Shown: positions 34,345-45,778, counted from the first letter of the whole stretch. The stretch: DNA of 47,675 bases, filler included, from Porpidia crustulata (GCA_964255105.1; 2 parts of 2 records of this genome joined end to end with filler, not necessarily neighbours in it), one strand, 5' to 3'. Notes: a model not told the origin generated them from the sequence alone. Translations and numbers: made by a program.

Positions 34345-37300
34345 TCACCATCTGAACAATTCAGGATCAGATCCATTCGCGCGATGTTTCTGTTGCTCTA
34401 GCAAAGCGACCCCCGGCATGCCAGAATCATAGAACCTGGAGCCTTCTATTGGCTCTGTGACTTCGCTTACGATATCGTCCGATTCTTCCCATGCGCCGAG
34501 GCATTCGTTCGGGATTTGAACAACTTCGGGGTGAAGATTTGGCTTCGAGAGGTCAAGGTCACCCATTTCGATCCAACGTATCAGCATAAAGCCGTAGCAG
34601 GCGATTCGAAGTTGTTCTTGGGAATTTTTTGGTTGGATAATCTTCAAAGAAGAACGGCCAAGTTGGTCTTGGGATAACAAGGCGATCTGTCGTCTTTTCA
34701 CCTTCAGTAGCTTTGAACGAGGGACTATCAGATGCCACATGATCTTGTTGGGAATGGCGTTGACTATCAGATGCATGGTATCTCCCTCGATCTGTGCAGC
34801 GCCGACCGATACATGATTCCAATCCTGGCAAATCCGGAGTGTAGCTAGTCTGTCTCCGGTGCACGCATTCTCAAAGACAAGACATGCTCCGTGCCGATGT
34901 AAGATCTCAACGCTGCAACAGACGAGACCATCGGCTGAAACGTCGAATTTTGAACGTAAACCTGTATTCACACTTAGCGTGAGAACACAACTTCGAAAAC
35001 TGAAATCATAATCACCTCCGATCTCTGTTCTCTCGACCGTTGGATCGACTCTAGTTATTTCGGGATTATCTCTATCATATTGAATCCTTTGAAAAGGAGA
35101 GTGTCCTTCATCGCCGAATCGAAATCGAAATGTTCTCGCAATGGCTCTGCTCGAATTGCCCCCCCGGTAAATCAAGTCTAGGAGACAGAATGCTATTGGC
35201 TTCGTTGGGTGAATCACTGCGTTGGCTCGCGCCCGAGACACATTGCGTAGCTCGTCTCGCTCTTGGAAGATATGAGAGCAATAGACATCCTTGTCGAGAT
35301 CGTAAAGGTATAGATGAATCATGTAGCAAACCATGTTGAGTTTCCTTACCACTTTAATGATCACGCAAGACGAGTAGCAGAGAAGACGCTGGGAGTGGCA
35401 ATACGTAACACTTGTCCAAATCGTCGGCGTGCCGACCAATTCGGGCGTAACGCTTAAATACTGTTTCAGGCTTTTACTGACTCCACAAGGAATTGAAAGT
35501 TGATGATTCAAGAGGCTGATCTTGCCCGTCAATCGATATTCGTAAAGCTTCGACAACTCAATATCTAAGAAATCACATTCGAGTGTCGCACTGATTACTT
35601 CATCAATGAAGGGAAATGACTCGTAAATGTACTGTAAAGAGTTCTTTCGGGTCGGAGCCTTCCCAAGCTTCGATCTGATCCATCAGGTGAGATAAAATTC
35701 GTCCAGCTAGAAGAGATCTATTGATTTTTCATAGCTTACCTAGAGGGATAGAACACGATCAATTCATCTTGCGACGGACTCAGATCCGAGATGATTTCAG
35801 AGTTCCGCGTTGTGGACTTGATCGAGATTGGCAGCGTCGTAATCGGTCCTTCGCTAGAGCCGTCAAGCTCAACGTGACGGATAGTTGCATCGTCGAGTAG
35901 GACATATAGAACCTTTGCTGCCAGGGCCAGTGATAATACCTTCTGGCCAGCATCGGTTTCCAGACAACGTTGCTGAGACCAGGATGCACTCTGATCCTTG
36001 CAAAAGCGACCAGAAAATAATTCGAAGGGACCCGTAGGCCAACCAATGATGAATCTACCGTCGTCTTGAACGGAGGTCAGGCCACCATTCGCAAATGCTT
36101 GGCTGAAGAGTCTCTCGGCTTCTGTCTTCTGAGCTTCAATCTTTTTCAATCTGTGTACGCACATGAAAGTGCCATCTGTCCGCACAACACCTAACATAAA
36201 AGTCGAATCTAGTTCGTCTAGTTTTTGTTCCCATACGAGGATCACGGCGATTTCCCCCCCCGGACTTACGCCCAAGATCTCCACTTTTTGCCAATTTGCT
36301 GAGCTTTGTACTTGGCTCTCTTTCCCGGTCCGGGCGTCGAAAATCATAATATTTCCTAGGGATGTCCCCCAAAAGAGGCTAGCGTGAAGATTAACGGTCA
36401 AGTCCCTAACATCCGGTCGAAAGAAGGAAGAAGACGACCAAATTTTCGCGCCGTCTGCAATCGAAAATCCTCCGAGCGGCGTTATAAGCAACGTCTCATC
36501 GTCACTGATAGCTATAGTATTCTTGGAACCAACAAATCCGATCACAGTTCCGGAGCCCACACCACCGTCACTTTCAGTCCACATCAGCGGCTGGAAAATC
36601 GGCATGTCTCGTTCACCATACGCTATCCGCCACGCGTAGAGTCTGATTTGCAACAGGTCTTCAGAGTCAGATTTATCGGACTCGGCAATCACGACAGCAA
36701 TAAAATTTCCTTTGGCTGAAACTGTTACAGCGGCAGTCACCACATCTCGTCGTGGCACAATCTCGATTATCCTTTCGTCTTTCCGGTGTGTCAGTAAGTC
36801 CTGAGCAGTGATAGACCATTGCGAATCAGGAGAAGCGAATCGGGTACTAAAAATGGTCTTCCTGGTCGAGTCCCACTCGACAATCAGGCTTTCCTTGATC
36901 AGAAACCTGTCGGACAAGACTGAAGTAAGTTGTATTCGTCCCGTCTCCGCGTCCACGTTCTCGGACCCACTCGGCCCGCCATTTGTACCTGTAGGCCTCT
37001 CTTCAAGACTGACGGTGACTTCTTGGCATGTTCTCGAATCAAAGATGGGAACAAGTGGAAGTACCTCTCGTACAAAGTGGACCTCTGAAGCACTCTGGAC
37101 AAAGGTCTGATAGTGAAACCTCAGTCGCAAGCTTAGGACTTGGTGTGCCCAATCCTGCACGTTGATACGCTCCCCAGCTAAAAATTCGCCATCTTCGCGC
37201 TCTAGCCATCCGACAAGTAAATGTGCAAGCAGTTCAGGACTTGACTTAGGTAAATATGAGAGCAGAAACATGGCTTCTAGCCACGTTCGCGAGTTTGATA

Positions 37301-40064
37301 TCCTTGTATACTTGTCGACCGCTCGAAGAAGCTGAGGATTTTTGGCTGAAGCTGAAGTGACGTGGTCAATCCAGAAGAGAGCAGAGTAAAGCAAGAAGGA
37401 GTGTCTTTTTTTCAGTTCTCTTGTATCATGCGAAGTAAACCGAGAGAGACCACTCAAAGGCCTAGCGAAGACCGGAAGGGAAAGATAAGAGACGCAACGA
37501 GTGGCTAGTTGTGCATGCGCGTCGTCCATGTCGCAGGCAAAGTCTGATAGTTCTTTGGACAAGAAAAAGTCGACACCGTTCCGCAGGAATTGTTGGACGG
37601 AGGTATGGACGAGGCGCACATCGCCACCTTCGATGGCAATGAGACTGCCACAGACTTTCCTAAGTTGGCCTTGGCAAAATTCTTTGGACTGCATGTCAAG
37701 TGCAACGGCAAGTTCTGCTATTGTCAACGGCCGCCGCGCGTATGCCATCCAGCGAAAGGCCCGAGAGGCAAAACTTCTTCGCGCGACCTCGATACGACAG
37801 AGAAACTGTAGGTAGTAGGCTGCAAGAGAGCTAGGAATCTGGTCAAGCACAACCATTCCTCTGTACTCGGCCTCTTCAATCATGCATTTGGGGAGAAGGA
37901 ATTGTCCATCGGCACATCTTAGCAACTCTAGCTTCACCTTCCTGAGCGACTGCTCGTTACCCTCCATCAGTTGCTGGATAGCTTCGTTTGAGTCTACAGC
38001 ACCATCAATAAAAGTCTCGATGTCGCGCGAAACAAGACTTGGGTCTATGTTGATCACTCTCTCAACGAAACTCAATTTATCTCGCATGTGCTGATCGCGA
38101 CTGGTAACGCAAGTTTTCACCAAACAGGATCGGCATGTTCGCAGACTTCGTAGAGCCTCAATAAGCGCATCTTGACCTCGTTGGTCGAGTTCATCGAGGC
38201 CATCGATGATGATAGTGATCTCTTTAAGCCTTTGGACAGCGGCCAAAAACAGCTTCCGTAGTTTGTCGGGCGATGTGATCCTCACCTGACCACTTTTCTT
38301 GTACTCTTCGCTCATCAAGTCCTGAACAGCGGATTCGGTCTCAACAATTTGTATGAGGAGGTTTCGGAAAACACTTGACGCGGTCATTTTCTCTTCATCT
38401 TTCGCGTCGCAGAAAAACAATATCGGAGGGCGAGCCGTCGTCGTTTCAAAGAGACTCTCCGCAAGAAATGCGGCTAGTACTGATTTACCACAGCCAGGTA
38501 TCCCTCTGATCCACAGACTGCTAGAAGACTGATCCGCAACCCAAGCGCGAGTGGTGTCGTGAGAGCGAAGCCAGTGGCAAGTGTCCGATTTTCTTGAAAG
38601 CAGATGGCGGTAGAAGTCGACATCGGTCGACTTTGGAATGCCGTCTAGGTTCCGATACTCGGACCAGATGTCTTCGTATATTTCAAGCGGGCCGATCCAG
38701 ACGCGCACTTCTCGATCCAATTTCGTAATCGAAGGTCCATGTGGATTCCTGTAGGTGAGGTCTTTCCCAACTTCACCGTCGACCAGGGACAAGCATCAGA
38801 AGTGTAAGCCCAAGAAGCATGCGTCTTCACGTACTAGAAGATGGTAAACTCGGATTCCTCAATATGGCAGCACAGTCGCCTAGCTGCTCTGTGTGCTTGT
38901 CAAGGTAGCCATCTGTTGCCGCAGCCATGATATTGATTTTATCATGCTCCTCCAGGCCGATGCCTTGCATCCCTTGATCGACATTGAAGCGAAAGTACCG
39001 TCCATCTCCAATTAAATTTCGATAAGATCTCTTGAACCGCTCTGCAGTCTGCTCGGTGTCGGTCACGATTTCGGTGCAAGCTTCAATGACGGACTTGAGG
39101 TCTGAGCCTAATCCTCTGGTCTCCATTCTCCCGGTACCGATACTAACGACGCAAGCGATATGATCGTCTGGCCATTCTTCCCGCACTTGTTCGACCATCG
39201 CAAAAATAGGGTTGTTGTTTCGCATGCCTCCATCCGCGTAGATTGACCCTAAGGGTCCAATCGTGATGGGCGCAAAGAATAAGGAGGCGGCCGACGTTGC
39301 TCTTGCTGCTTCCCAGATTGCGCAGGGTACCGGAGGAACCAAACTCGAGAGATATCCGCGGAGGACCGCCGGATCGCTATTTTCTGCTCTTGTGACACAC
39401 ACCGCACTGATTTTGAACGATTCAGCAATCGGGTGTAGATGTTTTGACGCCAGCTTGCAGACTCACACTTTGCATCTAGAGTCGGCAGTCTCGAACGCCT
39501 CTCCGGTCCGGGATTCGCCAAGCGCTTCCCCGACAACTTCTTTCACACAGTTTTCATACTCTGTTGAGTTGAACCATTCCTTCCCTCGATACGCAGCGAC
39601 CCATTTGGCGGTCGTATTTAGCCAGCCGCTGGATTTCTTTGGAAAGATTCGACGAGATAGAAGAACGTAACGCTCGATGCAGGTGTCGATATCGAGCTCC
39701 AAACGACCTAGCATTATGGCCAATAGGCTGGATCACATTCAGCTTATGATCTACCAGATCGGAATGAAAGCAGACGTGCCCGCCCGTGCTGGTCCCATAT
39801 ATGACATCGAAATAGTCGCAAGGCTTCGGCAATTTGCGATCTCTGGTTTGCGGATCGATTCGATGCATGAGACGCTTGAGAATAAGCAGCTCGGAGAGCC
39901 CGCGCACTCCACCTCCATCTATTCAAATGTCAATTGGATGCAGCAAAGAGTTTGCTATGGGATGTACCAAGAGCCAAGAGCCGAAGAGGTCGTGGATACG
40001 GCGGGGGGGGAGGTGAGGATGCTGCCGCCCGGCCTGGGCGGTGGAGCATAGCTGTAGAGCTCAT
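34345..40064 (-). CDS. Fungal NLR-type protein: patatin-like phospholipase + NACHT NTPase + degenerate beta-propeller-like C-terminus (~1800 aa, ~6 exons)
   Basis: LRLLAL|DGGGVRG, GTSTGG, WEAARATSAA, DGG..NNNP; Walker A GIPGCGKS, Walker B IIIDGLDE, VTSR, RPLTIAELAVAL, LVHTSVQQFL. Intron 35739-35675 splices in frame. The patatin-NACHT junction needs an intron from GTACGT at 38834 to an AAG acceptor. Confidence 0.85.
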
Positions 40065-40168
40065 TGTGCTGGTAGCCACAAGTTGAAGATGTTGCCAGTG
40101 ACCAGTACGGCCCCCAGGTTCATGACCTTTTGTTGGCAGGTTCATCAGATTGGTGCTGCGGCTACTTA

Positions 40169-40230
40169 AGTCAAGCACGGCAACTACTCGTTCTCACCCC
40201 CCAACGGTCCGCACCCCCCAACGGTCCACC
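40169..40230 (+). mobile_element. Single Fot1/pogo-like terminal inverted repeat remnant
   Basis: TA followed by AGTCAAGCAC, which matches my recollection of the Fot1 terminus, then a tandem subterminal repeat CACCCCCCAACGGTCC x2. No partner TIR or transposase seen. Confidence 0.45.
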
Positions 40231-40235
40231 CTACC

Positions 40236-40268
40236 TAGGGTTAGGGTAATAACATAGGGTTAGGGTTA
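40236..40268 (+). repeat. Short interstitial telomere-like TTAGGG motifs
   Basis: CTAGGGTTAGGGTAATAACATAGGGTTAGGGTT. Confidence 0.6.
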
Positions 40269-40950
40269 TGGATGTTAGGAAATCGCCGCTATGAGCTGAA
40301 AATTGGTAGCAATGACAACTAACGCCTATTCACCATTCTTTATAGAGTAACATTGATCCCCAGTTTAACATGCGATACTCATAGAAAAGATACCTGAGAT
40401 GATTTCAAATGATATTAAAAGTAGGAATTCTTATAAAGTAAATAAGACAAGCTGATTAACGAAGCGATCTGAATCGAGAATGATCTTTCTACAATCTGAT
40501 AGAGAAAAAGAAAAAGAATCGATCTGATATTGAAAGTACACTTGTCGATACTGTCTTCGTAGACTATCGCTGCGTGCAAGATTCTGCGTATGGCCACGTT
40601 TTGGATTATCATAAAGCAGTAATTCACCTGCACACGTTTGAACAATCCTTAATTATTACGAAGCTAGGTATGACGTCAGTGCACATGAGCGCTAGTTTAA
40701 AATACATGAGGGATAATACAATAATCAACCTTCATCTTGTGTAATAGGCATTATTCATCCACAACTGGTACGTTTACACATCCTAACTCAACCTCTCAGA
40801 TGAAGTATGTACCGATCCTGAAAGAAACCTAAATGCTCGCTTTGAGCAAGTAGTCCGAAGTGGCACATTGTTCTCTAGCTACTGGACTATCTTTTCACGT
40901 TGTCTTGCGAAGCCTTCCACATCTGAACCCTTGGATCTGATCCAAACATA

Positions 40951-41808
40951 ATGTCCTCTGGTTTCGTGTCTGGTGGTACTAGTGATAGACCAATTAAACG
41001 TGACGATGAGTGGCTGAAAGCTCAACAAGAGCTCGAGGCATTACGCCACAGAAAGGACGAAGAGAGCAGACAGGAAGGTGGAAAGACACTCTACGAAGTT
41101 CTTCAGGCTAACAAAGGTGACTACAAATAAAATACTATTGGAGAATTAGGTGGAAACAATCGTTCACATCGCTAACATGTCAGGTGCTTTGCGCTACCTG
41201 AAGCTTCAAAACAAGAAGCTTTCGAAGAGTCGATCAGATTGAAGAACCAATTTCGCAATCTTGATGAGGACGAGATCGAATTTTTGGATTCTGTACTCGA
41301 GTCTACACGCGCTAAGGAAGAAGCTGTCAAGAAAGAGACTGCTGAACAGCTTGATCTCTTTCGGCGGCAACAAGAAGAGGCTGACAAAGCATTGCTGAGT
41401 GAGGCGGGAGCATCATTCGACACTACAGCTCACGTTGAGGCAGGAAGTCCTCCGGGTACTGAACCACAGTGGACCGTGAAGTCGAGAAAACGCAAACGGA
41501 CGAAGGACAAGGAGGGGCTATCGGCAGGTCTTAAGCTTAGGAGGTCTTCCACCAGTCAAACATCAGCGGTAGGGACGTACAAGCATACAATTGCACCTTT
41601 GCCCGGTGCAGTGGCAGAGACGAACAATATTGAGCCTGATCCTGCAAAAAGGGACGTCATAGAGTTTATCAAATTAGCGTCGGCCTCGCAGCCCAGCAAC
41701 AGTACTTCGCCGAAAAGCTCGGTAAAGAAGAGTCAATTGGTGGTTTTAGGCGGCACAGAAGCCTTGACTGGCTTAGGCTTAGCGGGATACAGCTCCGACG
41801 AAGATTGA
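40951..41808 (+). CDS. FAM192A/PSME3IP1/Fyv6-like nuclear protein, 2 exons
   Basis: MSSGFVSGGT..RDDEWLKAQQELE..GKTLYEVLQANK, intron from ~41117, then SKQEAFEESIRLKNQFRNLDEDEIEFLD; C-terminal GLGLAGYSSDED. Confidence 0.88.
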
Positions 41809-42151
41809 GATATTGTGAAAAGCTCAAGTATTTCAACGAGGACTTACAAAAAAAAAAGTCTTGACAGTGTTCACGGTAGCTCGAAACTCGGCATGATTAC
41901 TCCATACACCAACTTCATAGATGTGCCTTGTCATTCATATTGGCTGGAATTCGAAAGTGTTGTCACAATCTTGATTACTCAAGAGTCTCACTTCAGACAT
42001 CAGGCTCCCTTGTTGATAGCGGCTGTGTCATTTCCTTTGTCGTACGAATCGTTGTTTTTTCAATCGCTTTCTCTGTTCATAGATGCGAAGAAGCATCAGC
42101 TTTGTTTGCTTTGCGTAGCTCTTTACGCACCCAAAAACTGCGGTTCATATA

Positions 42152-44368
42152 ATGGCAAGCTCCGCCGCCGTCCGCACAATCTCCGTTGATCGATTGTCGC
42201 ACAAGGAATCGAGTAACAAAGTTTTTCAAACGCCCTTTCCTTTGCTACCACCTGCACAGCTCGTGTCAATGGCTAGAGAGATGATCTCGCCTCAAAAAGA
42301 GTTGCTCGAAGACCCGATTCAACCGGAGCTGATATCTCAGCCTGATGGACAACCAATAGATTTAGTTGAAGGACGGGCAACGAACGTGAAGGGAACCCCT
42401 GTTTCAAAGGATCCTCAGGCTAAAGATGAAGACCTGTCTGAAACCCCAACTTTATTTGATTCGAATTCTAGAAGTCCGGGACCCAAATCTCCAAAGTATA
42501 AGGGGCTCAGGGGGGAAATCTCCGACGTTGCGCATCTGCAGGCTGAAAAATCGCCTTCTGAGAATTCGACCTTTCGGACATCACATCACAACCATCCTAA
42601 CCTACAAGTTGCTCAAGCCGACAGTCTAAGTCTTGACAACGCCAAACAAATGAACAGGAAGCATAAGGCACTGGAGGATAAAGTAATTAAGCCCAGGAAC
42701 TTAAATTCAGCATCATCGCCTCCGCCTCGCAATAACGTGGACGAAGCCATGGAGTCTTTAATCAGCCAGCTAGATAAGATCCTGAAAATAGAGGATAAAG
42801 CAACGACGGCTTCGAAAATGGTTGAAGTACCTTCGGGTTATAAATTAGATTTAGAAGTTGGGCCTGAGGAGTTTTACAAGATACAGGAAGAGTGTAAGCT
42901 CTTGGACAAACGCAAGCGGGCCGCTGGACTGCTTCCCATGTCAACAAAGCGTTACCAGAGATACGGATATCGACCTGAAGAACTCCTCGCTACGGGCGCT
43001 CTCTATTCGCCGAACGCACGACAATCTAATCTTACCAACGAAGTGCATCCGTTCTTCCATCGCAGACGCTTCGACGATACTCCCGATACCATATATAATC
43101 AGCTCGTACCAGGACTACGTTTAGCTACAATGTTCCTTACTCAACCGATCTGCTGTGGTTATTGGGTGACCCTAGCGAAGGGTCAGAGAAAGCATGACGT
43201 CACAATGAGCAAGGAACTGGGAAGAAGGTGCCTGCGCATTGCTCAGAATGTACCGCTCTCCATAGAGAATGCGACTGAGGTTATCGAATATATCAAGAAG
43301 CTGGACGACGCTAGTATAATCCATTTTTCGTTCAGGAAAGATCTCTATCTCAACAAGCCAAGAGATGTTCTTGCCAGAACGCGCCCTGTCTGTGATGTCG
43401 ATTTTGAGATTCCTGAAGGCCTTGCATTTAGACCTAAGCGGTCGCATGTTTGCCTGCATCACGACTTCTACACCGCAGCCCACAAGCTCAGTAAATTGAT
43501 ACACCCAGACCCAGCATTGATACTCCGATTCAACTTCTTCCTAGCATGCAACATTCTCCACGAGATGGCGCACGCAATAAATGTAGCCCACTGTTATTCG
43601 CAACAGGCTGGAGGCTTGAGTGCTGGCATCGACTACAACGAGCCGTTTCTGTTTGATGACGACGAAGCCGAGCTCGGTAATGCTTGGGAAAAGCAGACAT
43701 TTGGCGGCCGTATCGCACCCATTAACGGACGCGTTGATACTTCCCATGGTCTTTCGATCTGCGACTGGCCATATGTTGGCTTACCTAAAGACATACCTCC
43801 TATCGTAGGTCTGCCACCCTGTTTCCGACGCGGCTCTCTATTTTCTACCGCTATGGACGATAAACAGCATGTGTTCCGCTCAATACCTATGGATTTTGTC
43901 GAACAAATCCAGCAAATGAGCTTGTGGGAGCAAGAGTTTGACCTCACTACGGATACGGATATCTTTCACATCGAACGCACAGGTGCAGTCTCCATAAGTA
44001 TGAATCGATTTACTACGATGCCTTGGTCCGAAGAGCTCCGTATAGTCGTCGAACAGCTTGCACGGCCCTTTGCCCGTTCCGCTGATGATGATGAAGAACC
44101 TCCCACTAAGAAAAGAGAGACTGGCAGAGGCAAAGCCGTGCGAACAGACATATTTGGTAGGACGGTGGTGCCTCGCGAGGAAGCGGCCGAAGAAGATGTG
44201 AAGGGATTGAAACAAATAGATTCGGCCGCTAAAGGAAGCGTATTACAAGGTGCAAAAACTAAACATCGAGGACGGCAGAACCGGCATTTGAAAATGTTGA
44301 GAATGAGGAATGAGGAGAGGAGACGGAAGCAAATGGATGTGGAAAGGAAAAATGCGGGACCCCATTGA
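42152..44368 (+). CDS. Uncharacterised protein with HExxH zincin-like motif
   Basis: 738-aa single ORF; ILHEMAHA followed by EPFLFDDDEAELGNAWE; disordered N-terminus and basic C-terminus. Confidence 0.75.
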   Translation: MASSAAVRTISVDRLSHKESSNKVFQTPFPLLPPAQLVSMAREMISPQKELLEDPIQPELISQPDGQPIDLVEGRATNVKGTPVSKDPQAKDEDLSETPTLFDSNSRSPGPKSPKYKGLRGEISDVAHLQAEKSPSENSTFRTSHHNHPNLQVAQADSLSLDNAKQMNRKHKALEDKVIKPRNLNSASSPPPRNNVDEAMESLISQLDKILKIEDKATTASKMVEVPSGYKLDLEVGPEEFYKIQEECKLLDKRKRAAGLLPMSTKRYQRYGYRPEELLATGALYSPNARQSNLTNEVHPFFHRRRFDDTPDTIYNQLVPGLRLATMFLTQPICCGYWVTLAKGQRKHDVTMSKELGRRCLRIAQNVPLSIENATEVIEYIKKLDDASIIHFSFRKDLYLNKPRDVLARTRPVCDVDFEIPEGLAFRPKRSHVCLHHDFYTAAHKLSKLIHPDPALILRFNFFLACNILHEMAHAINVAHCYSQQAGGLSAGIDYNEPFLFDDDEAELGNAWEKQTFGGRIAPINGRVDTSHGLSICDWPYVGLPKDIPPIVGLPPCFRRGSLFSTAMDDKQHVFRSIPMDFVEQIQQMSLWEQEFDLTTDTDIFHIERTGAVSISMNRFTTMPWSEELRIVVEQLARPFARSADDDEEPPTKKRETGRGKAVRTDIFGRTVVPREEAAEEDVKGLKQIDSAAKGSVLQGAKTKHRGRQNRHLKMLRMRNEERRRKQMDVERKNAGPH

Positions 44369-44765
44369 AGAAATTACGAAGGCTTGTCTGGTTTTCTCTG
44401 TTCGCTCGGAAAACGTCGTGCCATGTTCTGCCACATAAGATTTTTCTCCAAATATAATCACATTAGAGAGTGAGGACAGCTATACCGGATCATTCTATAT
44501 GTCTTGGATTGAGAGTATGGTAAATAGCCGCTCGTCGAATATAGCTCGTGGAAAGAGTCTATCATTAAGTATAGTATAAAGGTCAACGAAGAACAACAAC
44601 TGTGAATTAAAGGACATTATGATAACAGTACCCAGGCTTGTTTTTAATCTTCGGATACAAACAATTGATCTAAGGCCGGAATTTCCGCTTCTGTGTTCGA
44701 AGATCAAAAACCATGCTGGTAGACTACCCTTGCTCGCCTTAGTAGATTTAGGTGGCATGAAGATA

Positions 44766-44836
44766 TTATCTTATCTTATCAGATCTACTCCATCTACGAA
44801 ATTGAGATGTGTAGATATATCATCTTATCTTATCTT
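44766..44836. promoter_or_regulatory. Cluster of GATA elements upstream of COX19
   Basis: Tandem TTATC repeats (GATAA on the minus strand) in two blocks; TTATCAGAT at 44776-44784 is the reverse complement of ATCTGATAA. Confidence 0.4.
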
Positions 44837-44919
44837 GTCCCAAGTACCGAATCATGATGCTTGCCTGCGACCACTTCCCGGACAACTATGAAACCTCCAT
44901 CTACTAAGTAGCCCAAGAA

Positions 44920-45458
44920 ATGAGTTTTGGAGGACCTGGTGGGCGTCAAATATCTGCCAAACCTATCCCACCGGAACGTGGCAGCTTTCCATTGGAGTAT
45001 GTCGATCCAGTATCTTGTATGATGTTCCGATTCAGTCTAACTAAACAACTAAAGTCATGATGGTCTGCTGATTAGGATACCTATCTCATAACGCTCTAAC
45101 TAATAGATACTGTGGGGCCCAGGCGATTGTAAGCCAATAATTGCAAATTACCTACGATGTCTGAGGAGGGTGAAGGGGACCAACGATCAGGAATGTAGGA
45201 TGATGGCAAAAGAGTATCTGAAATGCCGGATGGAGAAGCAAGTATTTCCATGTAGCGTCATAAACTATACTTGAATTTCAAGTTGGTGTGGCTGATCAAG
45301 CTCTGGCTAATTGTTTTCGGACGTTTAGCAATCTCATGGCTCCGGACGAGATGAAGAATCTTGGATTCTCTGAGGAGGAAATAGCTGAGCCTATACCAAA
45401 TCATGCCGGAGGGGCGACGGCACATAAGGTCAGGGATGATGGAAAGAAGATATCGTGA
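44920..45458 (+). CDS. COX19: Cytochrome c oxidase assembly protein Cox19 (twin CX9C-type), 4 exons
   Basis: [63 protein letters not shown]. Includes an 8-nt micro-exon 45055-45062 and a GC-AG intron 45238-45328. Confidence 0.93.
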
Positions 45459-45778
45459 AATTACACATGACTGGTAAAATCGAGTCATTTGACGGCGCCT
45501 CGATGGCTACTGGTCAGAAGATAGGCTGCCCTGATCACGGTGATAGAGCATGTCGGCCAGCCGTTCTACCAAACAGTGTTGGAGAAAACTTAAGTTTGTA
45601 GCAACATTTGAGGTCCTAGACAGTCGTTGTTGAATTTCGTAGCCATGAACGAGAGTTTCTCCAACCGCAACGCTATCCGTTTGATACTGCTGTAGACTCA
45701 AGATTCTCAACGATAACTGGGAGATCTTTCTACATTAAGCCTGTATAATGATACCGTGAAGTTTATCTCGTGAGTTGA

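Noticed and set aside
40774..40785. TTAC-N7-A match as a Starship boundary
   Set aside because: A five-base pattern expected often by chance; no partner repeat can be identified.
11473..41808. Proteasome-activator 'cluster' of BLM10/PA200 and the PSME3IP1-like gene
   Set aside because: The genes lie on opposite sides of the artificial spacer, and the Fyv6/FAM192A family also acts in splicing; likely coincidence.
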